Below are positions 31,642 through 41,190 of a DNA stretch of 64,000 bases, piece after piece. The stretch is taken from NCBI GenBank assembly GCA_052246995.1, contig JBQPWD010000002.1:160001-224000 (forward strand), given 5' to 3'. Position 1 is the first letter of the stretch. Each line of letters starts with the position of its first letter. Below the pieces are notes generated by a model that was not told the origin of the DNA, ran no database searches, and saw only the letters and a list, made by a program, of their open reading frames with translations. Origin of the DNA: Candidatus Bathyarchaeota archaeon. Lineage in GTDB: Archaea; Thermoproteota; Bathyarchaeia; Hecatellales; Hecatellaceae. A program made the position numbers and the translations under genes.

Positions 31642-32751
31642 TTATGCTTGATATTTTTGTTTTATACGCACAAGGTTTTGACCACCAATCTTTAGTACGT
31701 CAATAATCCCTTCTTTTTTAAGCCTTTGGATCGTTCTCCAAACTGTTGTCTTCGGAAGTTTAAATTTTTCCCTGATTTCAGCTTCAAAAACTTCCCCGCC
31801 ACTATTAGCTATAAATTCTAAAACTTCTTTATCTTCTAATCTTAGCTGAGAGTGTTGTCTAAAAATTTTATCTAAGTTTATAGTAAAAGCCTTTTTAACA
31901 TAGCCAGTTTTAGACTCACCTTTTTTAAGCAGAAATTTGTAAGCTAAAATTCCAGCTAAAATTATGAGTATGACGGAGATGGCAAGATAAGTTAATATTG
32001 TTGTCAGTTGTATCGGAGCACTTGCTTTATCTGCAACCTCCTTTGCTTTTTCTGCAAGCTTTCCAGCTTCAAGATAACTACCTGTCCTAAACTTATTTTT
32101 TGCTTCATCTAAAAGCTGTTTTGCCTCATCTAAGCCTATTACTCTTCCTTCGTTTTCAGCTTTTTTTACTGCATTTTCAGCATTAGTGATGCAAAGCAAT
32201 GCGTAATCTTTTGTTCCTGCAACCTCAATAATGTAGGAAATCTCAGTAGAGCCTTTGGGCATTGTAAGCATTTTTCTTCCATCATCTAAAGTTTTAATGT
32301 TAACTGGTACACTACTCAGGCTTACTATTACAGCTTGCGCTGGAAGGATAATTTTGCTCACAATTGGTGTTTCCACGTTGAAAATCCATATTCTTTCAGA
32401 TTTCCCTGTTAAGTCTCCTGTAAGATAGGATATATGAAGCATGCTTGAACCTAGACTGTAGACAGTTATGCTACCGTCTAACTGAGTATATTCCAATGGA
32501 GTTTCATCCTCATCTAAAACTGTAAAATCCTCATAATTTACTCCAAAACATTTAACATTTACCGTTGACAATGTAGGGTCTACTTTTACAGTATAATCAA
32601 TAAAAACAAAACCGTCAGAATAAATTTCAAAAGTTAATTCTTGAGGTTCATATGAACCTTGAGTTTGTGATAAGACATACGGGATAGGTGTGAGAATTAG
32701 GATAAAAACGGCTACTAAAAATGTTGTAAGAATTTTAAACTTCATTGCCAT
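31642..32751 (-). CDS. Membrane-anchored protein with extracellular domain and C-terminal winged-helix domain
   Basis: N-terminal signal peptide, TM helix ILTYLAISVILIILAGILAY, C-terminal GGEVFEAEIR..LPKTTVWRTIQRL..G. Confidence 0.85.
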   Translation of the reverse strand: MAMKFKILTTFLVAVFILILTPIPYVLSQTQGSYEPQELTFEIYSDGFVFIDYTVKVDPTLSTVNVKCFGVNYEDFTVLDEDETPLEYTQLDGSITVYSLGSSMLHISYLTGDLTGKSERIWIFNVETPIVSKIILPAQAVIVSLSSVPVNIKTLDDGRKMLTMPKGSTEISYIIEVAGTKDYALLCITNAENAVKKAENEGRVIGLDEAKQLLDEAKNKFRTGSYLEAGKLAEKAKEVADKASAPIQLTTILTYLAISVILIILAGILAYKFLLKKGESKTGYVKKAFTINLDKIFRQHSQLRLEDKEVLEFIANSGGEVFEAEIREKFKLPKTTVWRTIQRLKKEGIIDVLKIGGQNLVRIKQKYQA

Positions 32752-32795
32752 ACAAATTTAATTATTCTTTTAGGAGGAGCTATTTAATGTTTTTC

Positions 32796-33932
32796 TTAGA
32801 GATGCTCTAAACCAACAAGCTCCTCAGTCCATCTAAACCTTGACTCATCCATCTTTAATGCTCTCTCTACAGTTTCTAAAATTTGAAACTTCTCCTCTGG
32901 AAGCTTATAACCTTCATAATCCTGCTTAAAAACTGGAATATTACCTTTAAATGACGGGTTTGCAAAATGGTCAAAACATAGTCTTCCATTAATATTCAAG
33001 TTTTCAATTAGATTTCTAATTTCCATTAAGCATTCACGAGGAGAAAGAAGTTTAAAGTTTCCATCCTTATACTCCTTATGAAGGGGTGTTCCAGGTAGGG
33101 GGACAAAAGTTCTGATTCTTACATAGCTAGGGTTTATAACGTTTAACACTTTAGCAGTATTTTTAGCATGCTGCTCAGATAATTCTTTACCTGCAACACC
33201 AACCATAACATACTCTGATAACTCCATTCCAGCGTTAAGGACAAGTTTTCCAGCTTTTATATGCTCTTCTGAGGTTACACCTTTATTAATTAATCTTAAA
33301 ACCTCATCATCACCGCTTTCTAAGCCAACATGAAGCCTAGAAAGGCCTGCTCCACGTAAAAGCTTTAAATCTTCAAAACTTTTTCTTGAGAGCGTTTTGC
33401 TTCTGGCATAAGAGGTTATTCTTTTAACTTGTGGAAAAACAAACTTAATATACTTCACTATTTCAGCCAAGTCTTTAACAGGGATTATTAGGCTGTCAGC
33501 ATCTTGGAGAAAAACAGTTCTCCCTCCTGAAGAAATCCAGTTAATAACATTTATTACATTAAAGTTGTAGTTTAACGTTAAATCTAAGGTTGAAATAACT
33601 TTCCAAACGTCCCAGTTAATCTTCCCACCTAAACCAAGTTTAAAAGATATTTCCGTTAATAAATCAACAATTGCTTTAACATTGTCTATATCCCTTTTAA
33701 CCTCATCAACAGACCTTAATTCAAACTTTCTTCTACCATAAGGAGTACCATAACAAAAGCTACACAACCGCCAAGGACAATTTCTTGTAACCCTTAAAAG
33801 TAAAGAGAAACTTCCACCTTCATTTGGAGGTCGTATAGGACCGATGTCAAAAGAATAGTCTCCAAGTTTACTGGTTAAAAGAAGAACTTCACGTAAAGTG
33901 TTGCTACCCAAAGTTGATCCTATAAAATGCAT
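32796..33932 (-). CDS. Radical SAM protein of unknown function
   Basis: CPWRLCSFC (CX4CX2C), FLQDADS, SYARS, HVGLESG. Confidence 0.88.
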   Translation of the reverse strand: MHFIGSTLGSNTLREVLLLTSKLGDYSFDIGPIRPPNEGGSFSLLLRVTRNCPWRLCSFCYGTPYGRRKFELRSVDEVKRDIDNVKAIVDLLTEISFKLGLGGKINWDVWKVISTLDLTLNYNFNVINVINWISSGGRTVFLQDADSLIIPVKDLAEIVKYIKFVFPQVKRITSYARSKTLSRKSFEDLKLLRGAGLSRLHVGLESGDDEVLRLINKGVTSEEHIKAGKLVLNAGMELSEYVMVGVAGKELSEQHAKNTAKVLNVINPSYVRIRTFVPLPGTPLHKEYKDGNFKLLSPRECLMEIRNLIENLNINGRLCFDHFANPSFKGNIPVFKQDYEGYKLPEEKFQILETVERALKMDESRFRWTEELVGLEHL

Positions 33933-34118
33933 AAATACTTAAAGAGAAACTTGATATAAAAGTTTAAAGCTCTAAAATTCCTAACCATTACCTGTGCAAC
34001 TATATTTACTTTCTTTTTAAGTTAACCTTTAATGTAAAGCATGGTAACGCGATTGTTAATGACCGTGTAACCACACTCTATTTTTTTAATTAAGAAGGCC
34101 ATTTAAAAGAAAGTTTAC

Positions 34119-34178
34119 AGGGCTCAGAACTCAAGATCCTCTTCACCACTTCTGTTGGGCTAAATTCTTCATCGCCCT
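34119..34178 (-). ncRNA. C/D-box methylation-guide sRNA
   Basis: Minus strand reads AGGGC-G-ATGAAGA(C)-ATTTAGCCCAA-CAGA(D')-AGTG-GTGAAGA(C')-GGATCTTGAGTT-CTGA(D)-GCCCT, with a 5-bp terminal stem. Confidence 0.85.
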
Positions 34179-34217
34179 AACTAATAAGTATGAAGTTCTT
34201 AGGTTTTAGGTTTACTC

Positions 34218-34853
34218 TTATAGAGCATGCTTATACTGAAAGTTTCTGGGTTTTGGAATAACCATTAAAGCCTCTGAGGGGTCTCCTATCTCTACAGCTT
34301 CACCTTTAAGGTACATTAGTCCAACTAATGCTGAGGTTATTGCATCAAGTTCATGAATACTAATATCTTTCTTGTTGATGTCTCCATCAATACCTAAACT
34401 TTTTAACGCATTTCTAAACTTATCCAACTCATGCTTTTTTTCCGGAAAACCTAAAATTTTTTTAACACTGTATGGGAAGCTTTCAATAACATTTAAGCCC
34501 TTACCGTTCAACTCCTTCTTAATTCTTATACCTCTCAATGTCAACTTACGCATAGGACCAAGGGTTAGAGGAAAAAATTTAATTTTCATCTTAAGTAGAA
34601 CTTTATCACATTCCCTTAAATGTCCAGCATTTCTACATAAACAATCATCTTTAAGACAACATCTACCTTTAGGTAAAGCAAGAGGGGCGTCAACACTTAC
34701 GATATCAGGTTTTGTTAAAACAGTTTTTTCTATTATCTCCTTATCCTCATAGAGGATGGAGGTTTTAACTTTAAGATTTCCGTCCATTAAACAGAATCCT
34801 GTAGGTCTTTTTATACTACCCGCAAGGTCTATACCGACAACTTTTGCGTACAA
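34218..34853 (-). CDS. DUF429-like predicted nuclease (RNase H-like fold)
   Basis: GIDLAG, VDAPL, LRECD, IESFP, HELDA. Confidence 0.8.
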   Translation of the reverse strand: MYAKVVGIDLAGSIKRPTGFCLMDGNLKVKTSILYEDKEIIEKTVLTKPDIVSVDAPLALPKGRCCLKDDCLCRNAGHLRECDKVLLKMKIKFFPLTLGPMRKLTLRGIRIKKELNGKGLNVIESFPYSVKKILGFPEKKHELDKFRNALKSLGIDGDINKKDISIHELDAITSALVGLMYLKGEAVEIGDPSEALMVIPKPRNFQYKHAL

Positions 34854-34962
34854 GAGCTTTAAGCCTCTAAACTATAAATTTTGCTTCAAAATTTTAAACC
34901 TTTAAATGCATAGAAATAGTAAATAGTTTTTAGTTAAAAAACGTGATGGAGGATTAAGCTTT

Positions 34963-35751
34963 ATGGAAGTTGCATCTCTATTTGTATGGATAATTTTAGT
35001 AATATTTATCCTACTGTTTCTCTCATCATCCTTAAGAATTGTTAAAGAGTATGAAAGAGCCGTTATCTTTAGACTTGGAAGACTTTTAGGTGTAAAAGGC
35101 CCAGGCTTATTTTTTAGAATACCTGCTGTGGATGTTTTTAGAGTTGTCGATTTAAGGGTTATAACTTTTGACGTACCTAAGCAAAGAATTATAACAAAAG
35201 ATAACGTTACAGTTGATGTTGATGCAGTAGTTTATTACCGCGTTTTTGACCCTGTTAAGGCTGTTGTAGCTGTTGAAAACTATATTTATGCAACCAATCT
35301 TCTTGCTCAAACAACTTTAAGAGACGTTATAGGCCAGGTTGAGTTAGACGACCTACTAACAAAACGTGAAGAAATTGGTAAACGCTTAACAGAGATAATT
35401 GACACGGCAACGGATCCTTGGGGTATTAAGGTTGTTCAAGTATCTATAAAAGATGTTTCTCTTCCGATTGAAATGCAAAGAGCAATAGCTAAACAGGCTG
35501 AAGCTGAAAGAGAAAGACGTTCAAGAATAATTACCGCTGAGGGAGAATATCAAGCTGCAGCCAAGATGGCTCAAGCAGCTAAAATGTATCAAGATAACCC
35601 CATGGGGTTGAGACTTAGAGAACTTCAAACATTAACAGAAATTGCAAGAGAAAGAAACATGATTGTTGTAACAAGCACAACAACAGGTCAAGATTTAGCA
35701 ACAATGCTTGGTATCTTAAAAAGTAGGGAAAAACCCACAAGCGGAGGTTAA
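34963..35751 (+). CDS. SPFH/stomatin (band 7) protein
   Basis: EYERAVIFRLGR, GPGL, ITKDNV, AQTTLR, WGIKV, AEAERERR. Confidence 0.95.
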   Translation: MEVASLFVWIILVIFILLFLSSSLRIVKEYERAVIFRLGRLLGVKGPGLFFRIPAVDVFRVVDLRVITFDVPKQRIITKDNVTVDVDAVVYYRVFDPVKAVVAVENYIYATNLLAQTTLRDVIGQVELDDLLTKREEIGKRLTEIIDTATDPWGIKVVQVSIKDVSLPIEMQRAIAKQAEAERERRSRIITAEGEYQAAAKMAQAAKMYQDNPMGLRLRELQTLTEIARERNMIVVTSTTTGQDLATMLGILKSREKPTSGG

Positions 35752-35755
35752 TAAA

Positions 35756-37096
35756 ATTAGAGTTAGAAAAGAAAAAAGATTTTTAATCATCATAATAACA
35801 ATTATAACCCTTATTTTAACATTCTCCGTTAACATACACGGTACTCAAGCATCTCAAGAGGAAGAAAATAGGCTTTTACTTGTTAAACTTGAGGGAACAA
35901 TTTCAACAATGTCTTCTGAGCTTTTAAAAGAAGCTTTAGGTTATGCTGAAAAACATAGCTACCCAGTAATTTTGACATTAAATACTCCTGGTGGAAGTCT
36001 TGATGCAACCTTTAAAATAGTTGAGCTTATAGAGAATTCAAAGGTTCCAGTTATAGGTTATGTGTATCCTAAGGGTGCTACAGCATGGTCTGCAGGGACA
36101 TACATTCTTTTCTCAACCCATGTTGCATGTATGGCTCCAAATACAATCATAGGTTCATGTCAACCTGTATCTATGGGGTTCGGGGTAGCCCAGCCTATAA
36201 ATGATACAAAAACCATCAATGCTTTAGAGGCTTTTCTTGTTGAAAGAGCAAAAATGCATGGAAGAAACGAAACAATAGCTAAACTTTGTATACGTGAAAA
36301 CTTAAATTTGGATGCTGAGGATGCGGAAAAGTATGGGGCTGTAGAGTTTATCAGCCAATCCATAGAAGATTTAAAAGAAAAGGTTCACGGCTTAACTGTT
36401 AATACCGCTTCAGGAAAGTTTACAATTATAAGTAAAAATGTTGAGGTTGTTGAGTGGTCTCCAAGTATAAGGCTTCAAATTTTAAAAACAATTTCAGAAC
36501 CTATGATTGCTTTCTTTATGTTTATGATTGGACTTTACGCCCTTCTATTTGGGTTAGCATCACCCGGTGTTGGGGGAGAAGTTGTCGGAGGAATTCTACT
36601 TTTACTTGGTTTAATAGGACTTGGAATTTTAGGGGATATAAATATTGGTGCGTTAATACTTATAGTTTTAGGGGCAATTCTACTTCTCTACGAACTCTTT
36701 ACACCTGGATTTGGTATAATTGGAGGTTCAGGCATTGTAAGCCTTCTAATTGGAAGCATGCTTATTATGCCGCGAGAATGGTTTATTTCACCTGAATGGT
36801 TAAATGCTCTAATTTTAGCAATAATGATAGTTCCTTTAACTGTAGGGGCCTTCTTTATTTTTGCCTCATATAAAGTTTTAAAGCTTAGGAGAAAACCCCC
36901 ACTAGTGAGTGGAATGTTTAAAGGGTATGGAGAAGTTATTGAAGAAATAACCCCTGAAAAAACAGGATTTATAATTTATCAAGGAGAATATTGGAAAGCT
37001 AAATCAAGCAAAAAAATTGGAAAGGGGGAAAAGGTTATTATCATCGGCAAAGAAGGACCTGTATTGGTTGTGGAACCTAAGAATGAAAATAGATAA
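35756..37096 (+). CDS. nfeD: NfeD/STOPP membrane serine protease; inferred ATT start (track start 35909)
   Basis: NTPGG, AWSAG, TM region, C-terminal OB fold (GEYWKA). The upstream in-frame segment encodes a signal peptide and LLLVKLEGTI; GGAGGT lies 7 nt before ATT. Confidence 0.85.
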   Translation: MRVRKEKRFLIIIITIITLILTFSVNIHGTQASQEEENRLLLVKLEGTISTMSSELLKEALGYAEKHSYPVILTLNTPGGSLDATFKIVELIENSKVPVIGYVYPKGATAWSAGTYILFSTHVACMAPNTIIGSCQPVSMGFGVAQPINDTKTINALEAFLVERAKMHGRNETIAKLCIRENLNLDAEDAEKYGAVEFISQSIEDLKEKVHGLTVNTASGKFTIISKNVEVVEWSPSIRLQILKTISEPMIAFFMFMIGLYALLFGLASPGVGGEVVGGILLLLGLIGLGILGDINIGALILIVLGAILLLYELFTPGFGIIGGSGIVSLLIGSMLIMPREWFISPEWLNALILAIMIVPLTVGAFFIFASYKVLKLRRKPPLVSGMFKGYGEVIEEITPEKTGFIIYQGEYWKAKSSKKIGKGEKVIIIGKEGPVLVVEPKNENR

Positions 37097-37105
37097 AGGT
37101 TTATT

Positions 37106-37879
37106 TTAAATATAAAGAGATGATGGTTCTCTCATAAATTCTCTTCTAAATTGTTCAATAGCTTCAGCACGAATCTTATGTAAACTTTCAAGTTTCTTTT
37201 TCATATCTGCAATTTCCTTATCAAGTTTTGTAAGGTCAATTTCTAGTGAAAGAATTTTAGATAAAACTTTAATGACGCTCTTTGCTGCCTCCATATCAGG
37301 GTATTCTCCACGAGTTGCACCTAAAAGTCCTAGTGCTTCAAGGCTACGTTGATCTCCAAGACCAAGAATTATTCCACATGCACCAGTAACAGTACCACTT
37401 GTAGTTATGTAAACGCCAAACTCCTTTAACTTTTCAACCATGTCAGGTTTATTAAAAACAGCGTAAACATTTCCTATATCGCGTTCAAAAGGTGTTTGAA
37501 AACCTCCCACAGCAATAACTTTTTTACACCCAAATTTTTGAACAAAGTTTAAAACTACGTCAGCAACTTCATATTGTCCATACGTTGTAGGTTGGGTATC
37601 TCCGGTTAGAAATATAACATGAGGCTTTGTTTTGTTATATGCGTAGAATTCAAGTTTTGGTAGGAAAAATGTTCCATCAGCATTTATATGGATACCAGCA
37701 CTTCCGTTGATTAACGTAAGATAGTTTGAGTAAAGCTTTGCAAATGGTTTAAGCTTTAACTCGTCAATAATGTAGGTTATGGTAAGCTTTCCAACAAATC
37801 CCAACCCTGGAAGACCTTGAACAAGAATAGGATTTTCAAGGTTAGGTTCTTCTAAAACATAAATTTTTGTCCAACACAT
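37106..37879 (-). CDS. PAC2-family proteasome assembly chaperone-like protein
   Basis: QGLPGLGFVGK, GDTQP, VGGF, GACGIILG, YPDMEAA. Confidence 0.88.
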   Translation of the reverse strand: MCWTKIYVLEEPNLENPILVQGLPGLGFVGKLTITYIIDELKLKPFAKLYSNYLTLINGSAGIHINADGTFFLPKLEFYAYNKTKPHVIFLTGDTQPTTYGQYEVADVVLNFVQKFGCKKVIAVGGFQTPFERDIGNVYAVFNKPDMVEKLKEFGVYITTSGTVTGACGIILGLGDQRSLEALGLLGATRGEYPDMEAAKSVIKVLSKILSLEIDLTKLDKEIADMKKKLESLHKIRAEAIEQFRREFMREPSSLYI

Positions 37880-37885
37880 ATTTGG

Positions 37886-38203
37886 TCAACCAGCCTTTAT
37901 ACTGAAGCTTTTAGGACACCTTCTCCTTGCTACTTCACAAATACGTCGTGCCTCATTAACTTTTTCTGAAGAGCCGCATAACTCGGAGACTTCTCCACAA
38001 AGTTTAGACTCTTCAACACATTGAGAGAAACAACTTCTTCCACAAAGTGTGGATATAAACTTGCAAATATTTGAAGCTGATTGGTATTTTCTGTCATCAT
38101 AAAGAAGTTCTCTTGCATGCTGACATAGAGTAAGAGCTAACCTACAGTAGAATGGAGCTAATGTCGCATCCAGTAGACTTTTTTGCATACCTTCACCCGT
38201 CAA
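37886..38203 (-). CDS. Cys-rich helical hypothetical protein
   Basis: 10 Cys, mostly CX6C spaced; stop is 6 nt upstream of the PAC2 start. Confidence 0.75.
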   Translation of the reverse strand: MTGEGMQKSLLDATLAPFYCRLALTLCQHARELLYDDRKYQSASNICKFISTLCGRSCFSQCVEESKLCGEVSELCGSSEKVNEARRICEVARRRCPKSFSIKAG

Positions 38204-38297
38204 GAAAAATCTTAAAACTTGTATTTATCAGTTGTGGAAGGTTGAAACAATTCTTATATTTTCCATTACCTAATCCTTATAAGGATTAACTGGAGGA

Positions 38298-38759
38298 GTG
38301 ACAATGGTCTATGTTCCATTCGTATCTTCACCACCAGAGGTTGTAGAAAAGATGCTTGAAATGGCAGAGTTACATGAAAATGACGTGCTTTATGATCTGG
38401 GATCTGGTGATGGAAGAATATTAATAACAGCCGTTAAAAAGTTTGGTGTTAAAAAGGCTGTAGGGATTGAAGTAAGAGAAGACCTTGTTAAAGCATCTAG
38501 AGAAGAAATTAAGAAACTTGGATTAGAAGATAAAATTGTAATAATCCATGGAGACCTCTACAAAATTCCAATAAAAGATGCTGATGTTGTCACTTTATTT
38601 CTTACAACTTCCGCTAATGAACGTTTAAAGCCAAAACTTGAAAATGAGCTTAAAAAAGGAGTTAGAGTGGTTTCTCATGATTATGAAGTAATTGGTTGGA
38701 AACCTGTAAAAGTTGTAAATCTAGGTCAGCATACAATATATCTTTACACCATAAAATGA
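38298..38759 (+). CDS. Class I SAM-dependent methyltransferase (archaeal protein-lysine methyltransferase aKMT/FAM173-like)
   Basis: VPFVSSP, YDLGSGDGR, GIE, ADVVTLFL, RVVSHDY. Confidence 0.85.
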   Translation: MTMVYVPFVSSPPEVVEKMLEMAELHENDVLYDLGSGDGRILITAVKKFGVKKAVGIEVREDLVKASREEIKKLGLEDKIVIIHGDLYKIPIKDADVVTLFLTTSANERLKPKLENELKKGVRVVSHDYEVIGWKPVKVVNLGQHTIYLYTIK

Positions 38760-38829
38760 GTCAACCTAAAACATTAACTGATTTTACGCATTATTCCTCC
38801 ATTTTTTACCTAACCTTCCAATCTCTAGC

Positions 38830-41115
38830 TTGATGGGTTTAGATGCTTTGCGCGCAGAAATAACCGTAACTGGTATTGTGCAGGGTGTTGGGTTTAGACC
38901 ATTTGTGTACAGAACTGCTGTAAAAGAGAATCTTAAAGGTTTTATACGTAATTGTGGAGATGCAACTGTTGAAATTATTGTTGAGGGCAATAAAGAAAGC
39001 ATTAAACGTTTTATGAAATCAATAAGAAACGAAAAACCTCCTTTAGCGCAAATCTACAGATTAAAGGTAAGATTTTCCAAGAAAAGTGGAGGGTTTAAAG
39101 AGTTCAAAATATGTAAAAGTTTAGAAGAAAAAAGGTTTTCAGGGTTAGTTATTCCGCCAGACATATCAATCTGTAGTAGATGTTTAGATGAGTTAAGAAA
39201 TCCAAAAGACAGGAGATATAACTACTTTTTTATCACATGCACGGATTGTGGACCTAGATACACAATAATCGAAAAACTACCTTACGATAGAGAAAATACT
39301 ACAATGGCAGATTTTTCAATATGTAGTGAATGTGAAAAAGAATATGTTAACCCTTTAAACCGCCGTTTTCATGCTCAAACAATAGCATGCCACATCTGTG
39401 GACCAAAGGTTTACTTAACAACAAAAGACGGAAGCAATGTTGAATGTAAAGACCCTATCAGGGAAACTGGAAAGCTTGTAGAGGAGGGATTTATTGTTGC
39501 CATTAAAGGTAATGGAGGATTCCATATTGCAACTTCAACCCTAAAATCCGAACCTATAATTAGGCTTAGAAAGGTTAAACATAGAGCCCAAAAACCGTTT
39601 GCAGTAATGGCTAAAAATCTTGAAGCTGTAAAAACTTTTGCTAAACTTAACAAGAAAGAGGAGGAACTTTTAACATCCTATATTAGACCAATAGTTTTAC
39701 TTGAAAAAAGCGAGAATTACTATCTCTCTGAGGAAATCGCCCCTGGGCTTCACAATATCGGCGTTATGCTACCATATACAGGTCTTCATTACATGCTTTT
39801 TGATGATGTTAAAGAGCCGGCATTTATCATGACAAGCGCAAACCCTCCTAGTGAACCCATAGTTATAGATGATAATGAGGCATATAGGAGACTTAGCTCA
39901 ACTGTTGACTATTTTCTTCTTCACAACAGACGGATTGCTCAGAGATGTGATGATTCCGTTGTCAGGGTTCATGACAAAATTCCCGTAATAATTCGTAGGT
40001 CTAGAGGATACGCTCCTGCCCCAATACTTTTAAAAAACAAAGTTAAAAAATCTATTCTAGCTTTAGGTGCTGAAGAAAACGTTACTGGATGTATTTTAAG
40101 CGAGAAAAAAGCCTTTCTAACCCAGTATATTGGAGATGTTAAGAATACTGAAACTCTAAACTATCTTAAACATGCTATAACTCATCTTCTAAACTTAACA
40201 AATATAAAGTTTCAATCTATCGCGTGTGACCTACATCCAAAATTTAATACAACAAGTTTAGCCAACAATCTTGCTGAAAAATTTAAATGCGAAATTTTTC
40301 CTGTTCAACATCACCATGCCCATCTAGGCTCCCTTATGGCAGAACATGGTTTAGAGGAGGTTATCGGCATTGTTTGCGATGGTTTTGGCTATGGTTTAGA
40401 TGGAAAAGCATGGGGTGGTGAGATTCTTTACTGGGTTGAAGGTAAGGTTGAACGTTTAATTCACCTTCAGGAGCAGCCAATGATCGGTGGAGATAAAGCA
40501 ACCATTTATCCGTTAAGGATGGTTGTAGGAATTCTAAGAAGACATTCAGAAGTTGAGGATTGGATCTACTCAAAATCAAGGTTTCTACCGTTTGGAAAGA
40601 TGGAAGCAGAAGTAATAGTAAAACAGGCTAAAGCTGGAAAATTTACATGGACCACAAGTTGTGGCAGAGTTTTAGACGCCGTTGCAGCGTTACTTGGAAT
40701 ATGCTATGAACGAACTTATGAAGGAGAACCTGCGCTAAAGCTTGAATCTTATGCTTTAAACGGTAAAGATGTGCTTAAAGTTGAACCTAAAGTAAGCGGA
40801 AACATTATCAACACGGAAAACATTGTTTTAGAAATTTTTGAAAACCTTAAAAAGTACCAGGTTAAGGATCTTGCATACTCCGCACAGGAGTATATTGGCA
40901 AAAGTTTGGCTCAAGCAGCAATTGAGAAGGCTGAAAAATTAGGAGTTAAAGTTATAGGTTTCTCTGGAGGAGTAGCATATAATAAGCATATTACTTCGAC
41001 AATTAAAAAAATCGTTAAAAAGGAGGGGTTTAAATTTATAATCAACAGAAAAGTTCCAGCTGGAGATGGAGGGATCTCATTAGGACAAGCCTTTGTAGCC
41101 AGCTTTTTAGGTTAA
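38830..41115 (+). CDS. hypF: Carbamoyltransferase HypF
   Basis: VQGVGFRP, CTDCGPRY, RRFHAQ, TSAN, DLHP, QHHHAH, GDGGISLGQ. Confidence 0.97.
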   Translation: MMGLDALRAEITVTGIVQGVGFRPFVYRTAVKENLKGFIRNCGDATVEIIVEGNKESIKRFMKSIRNEKPPLAQIYRLKVRFSKKSGGFKEFKICKSLEEKRFSGLVIPPDISICSRCLDELRNPKDRRYNYFFITCTDCGPRYTIIEKLPYDRENTTMADFSICSECEKEYVNPLNRRFHAQTIACHICGPKVYLTTKDGSNVECKDPIRETGKLVEEGFIVAIKGNGGFHIATSTLKSEPIIRLRKVKHRAQKPFAVMAKNLEAVKTFAKLNKKEEELLTSYIRPIVLLEKSENYYLSEEIAPGLHNIGVMLPYTGLHYMLFDDVKEPAFIMTSANPPSEPIVIDDNEAYRRLSSTVDYFLLHNRRIAQRCDDSVVRVHDKIPVIIRRSRGYAPAPILLKNKVKKSILALGAEENVTGCILSEKKAFLTQYIGDVKNTETLNYLKHAITHLLNLTNIKFQSIACDLHPKFNTTSLANNLAEKFKCEIFPVQHHHAHLGSLMAEHGLEEVIGIVCDGFGYGLDGKAWGGEILYWVEGKVERLIHLQEQPMIGGDKATIYPLRMVVGILRRHSEVEDWIYSKSRFLPFGKMEAEVIVKQAKAGKFTWTTSCGRVLDAVAALLGICYERTYEGEPALKLESYALNGKDVLKVEPKVSGNIINTENIVLEIFENLKKYQVKDLAYSAQEYIGKSLAQAAIEKAEKLGVKVIGFSGGVAYNKHITSTIKKIVKKEGFKFIINRKVPAGDGGISLGQAFVASFLG

Positions 41116-41190
41116 CTTTTGAGAAAAGGTTAAAGGTTAAAACTTTTTCTTATTTGTGAAAACAGTTACAATCATTAACCGTGATGTAAA

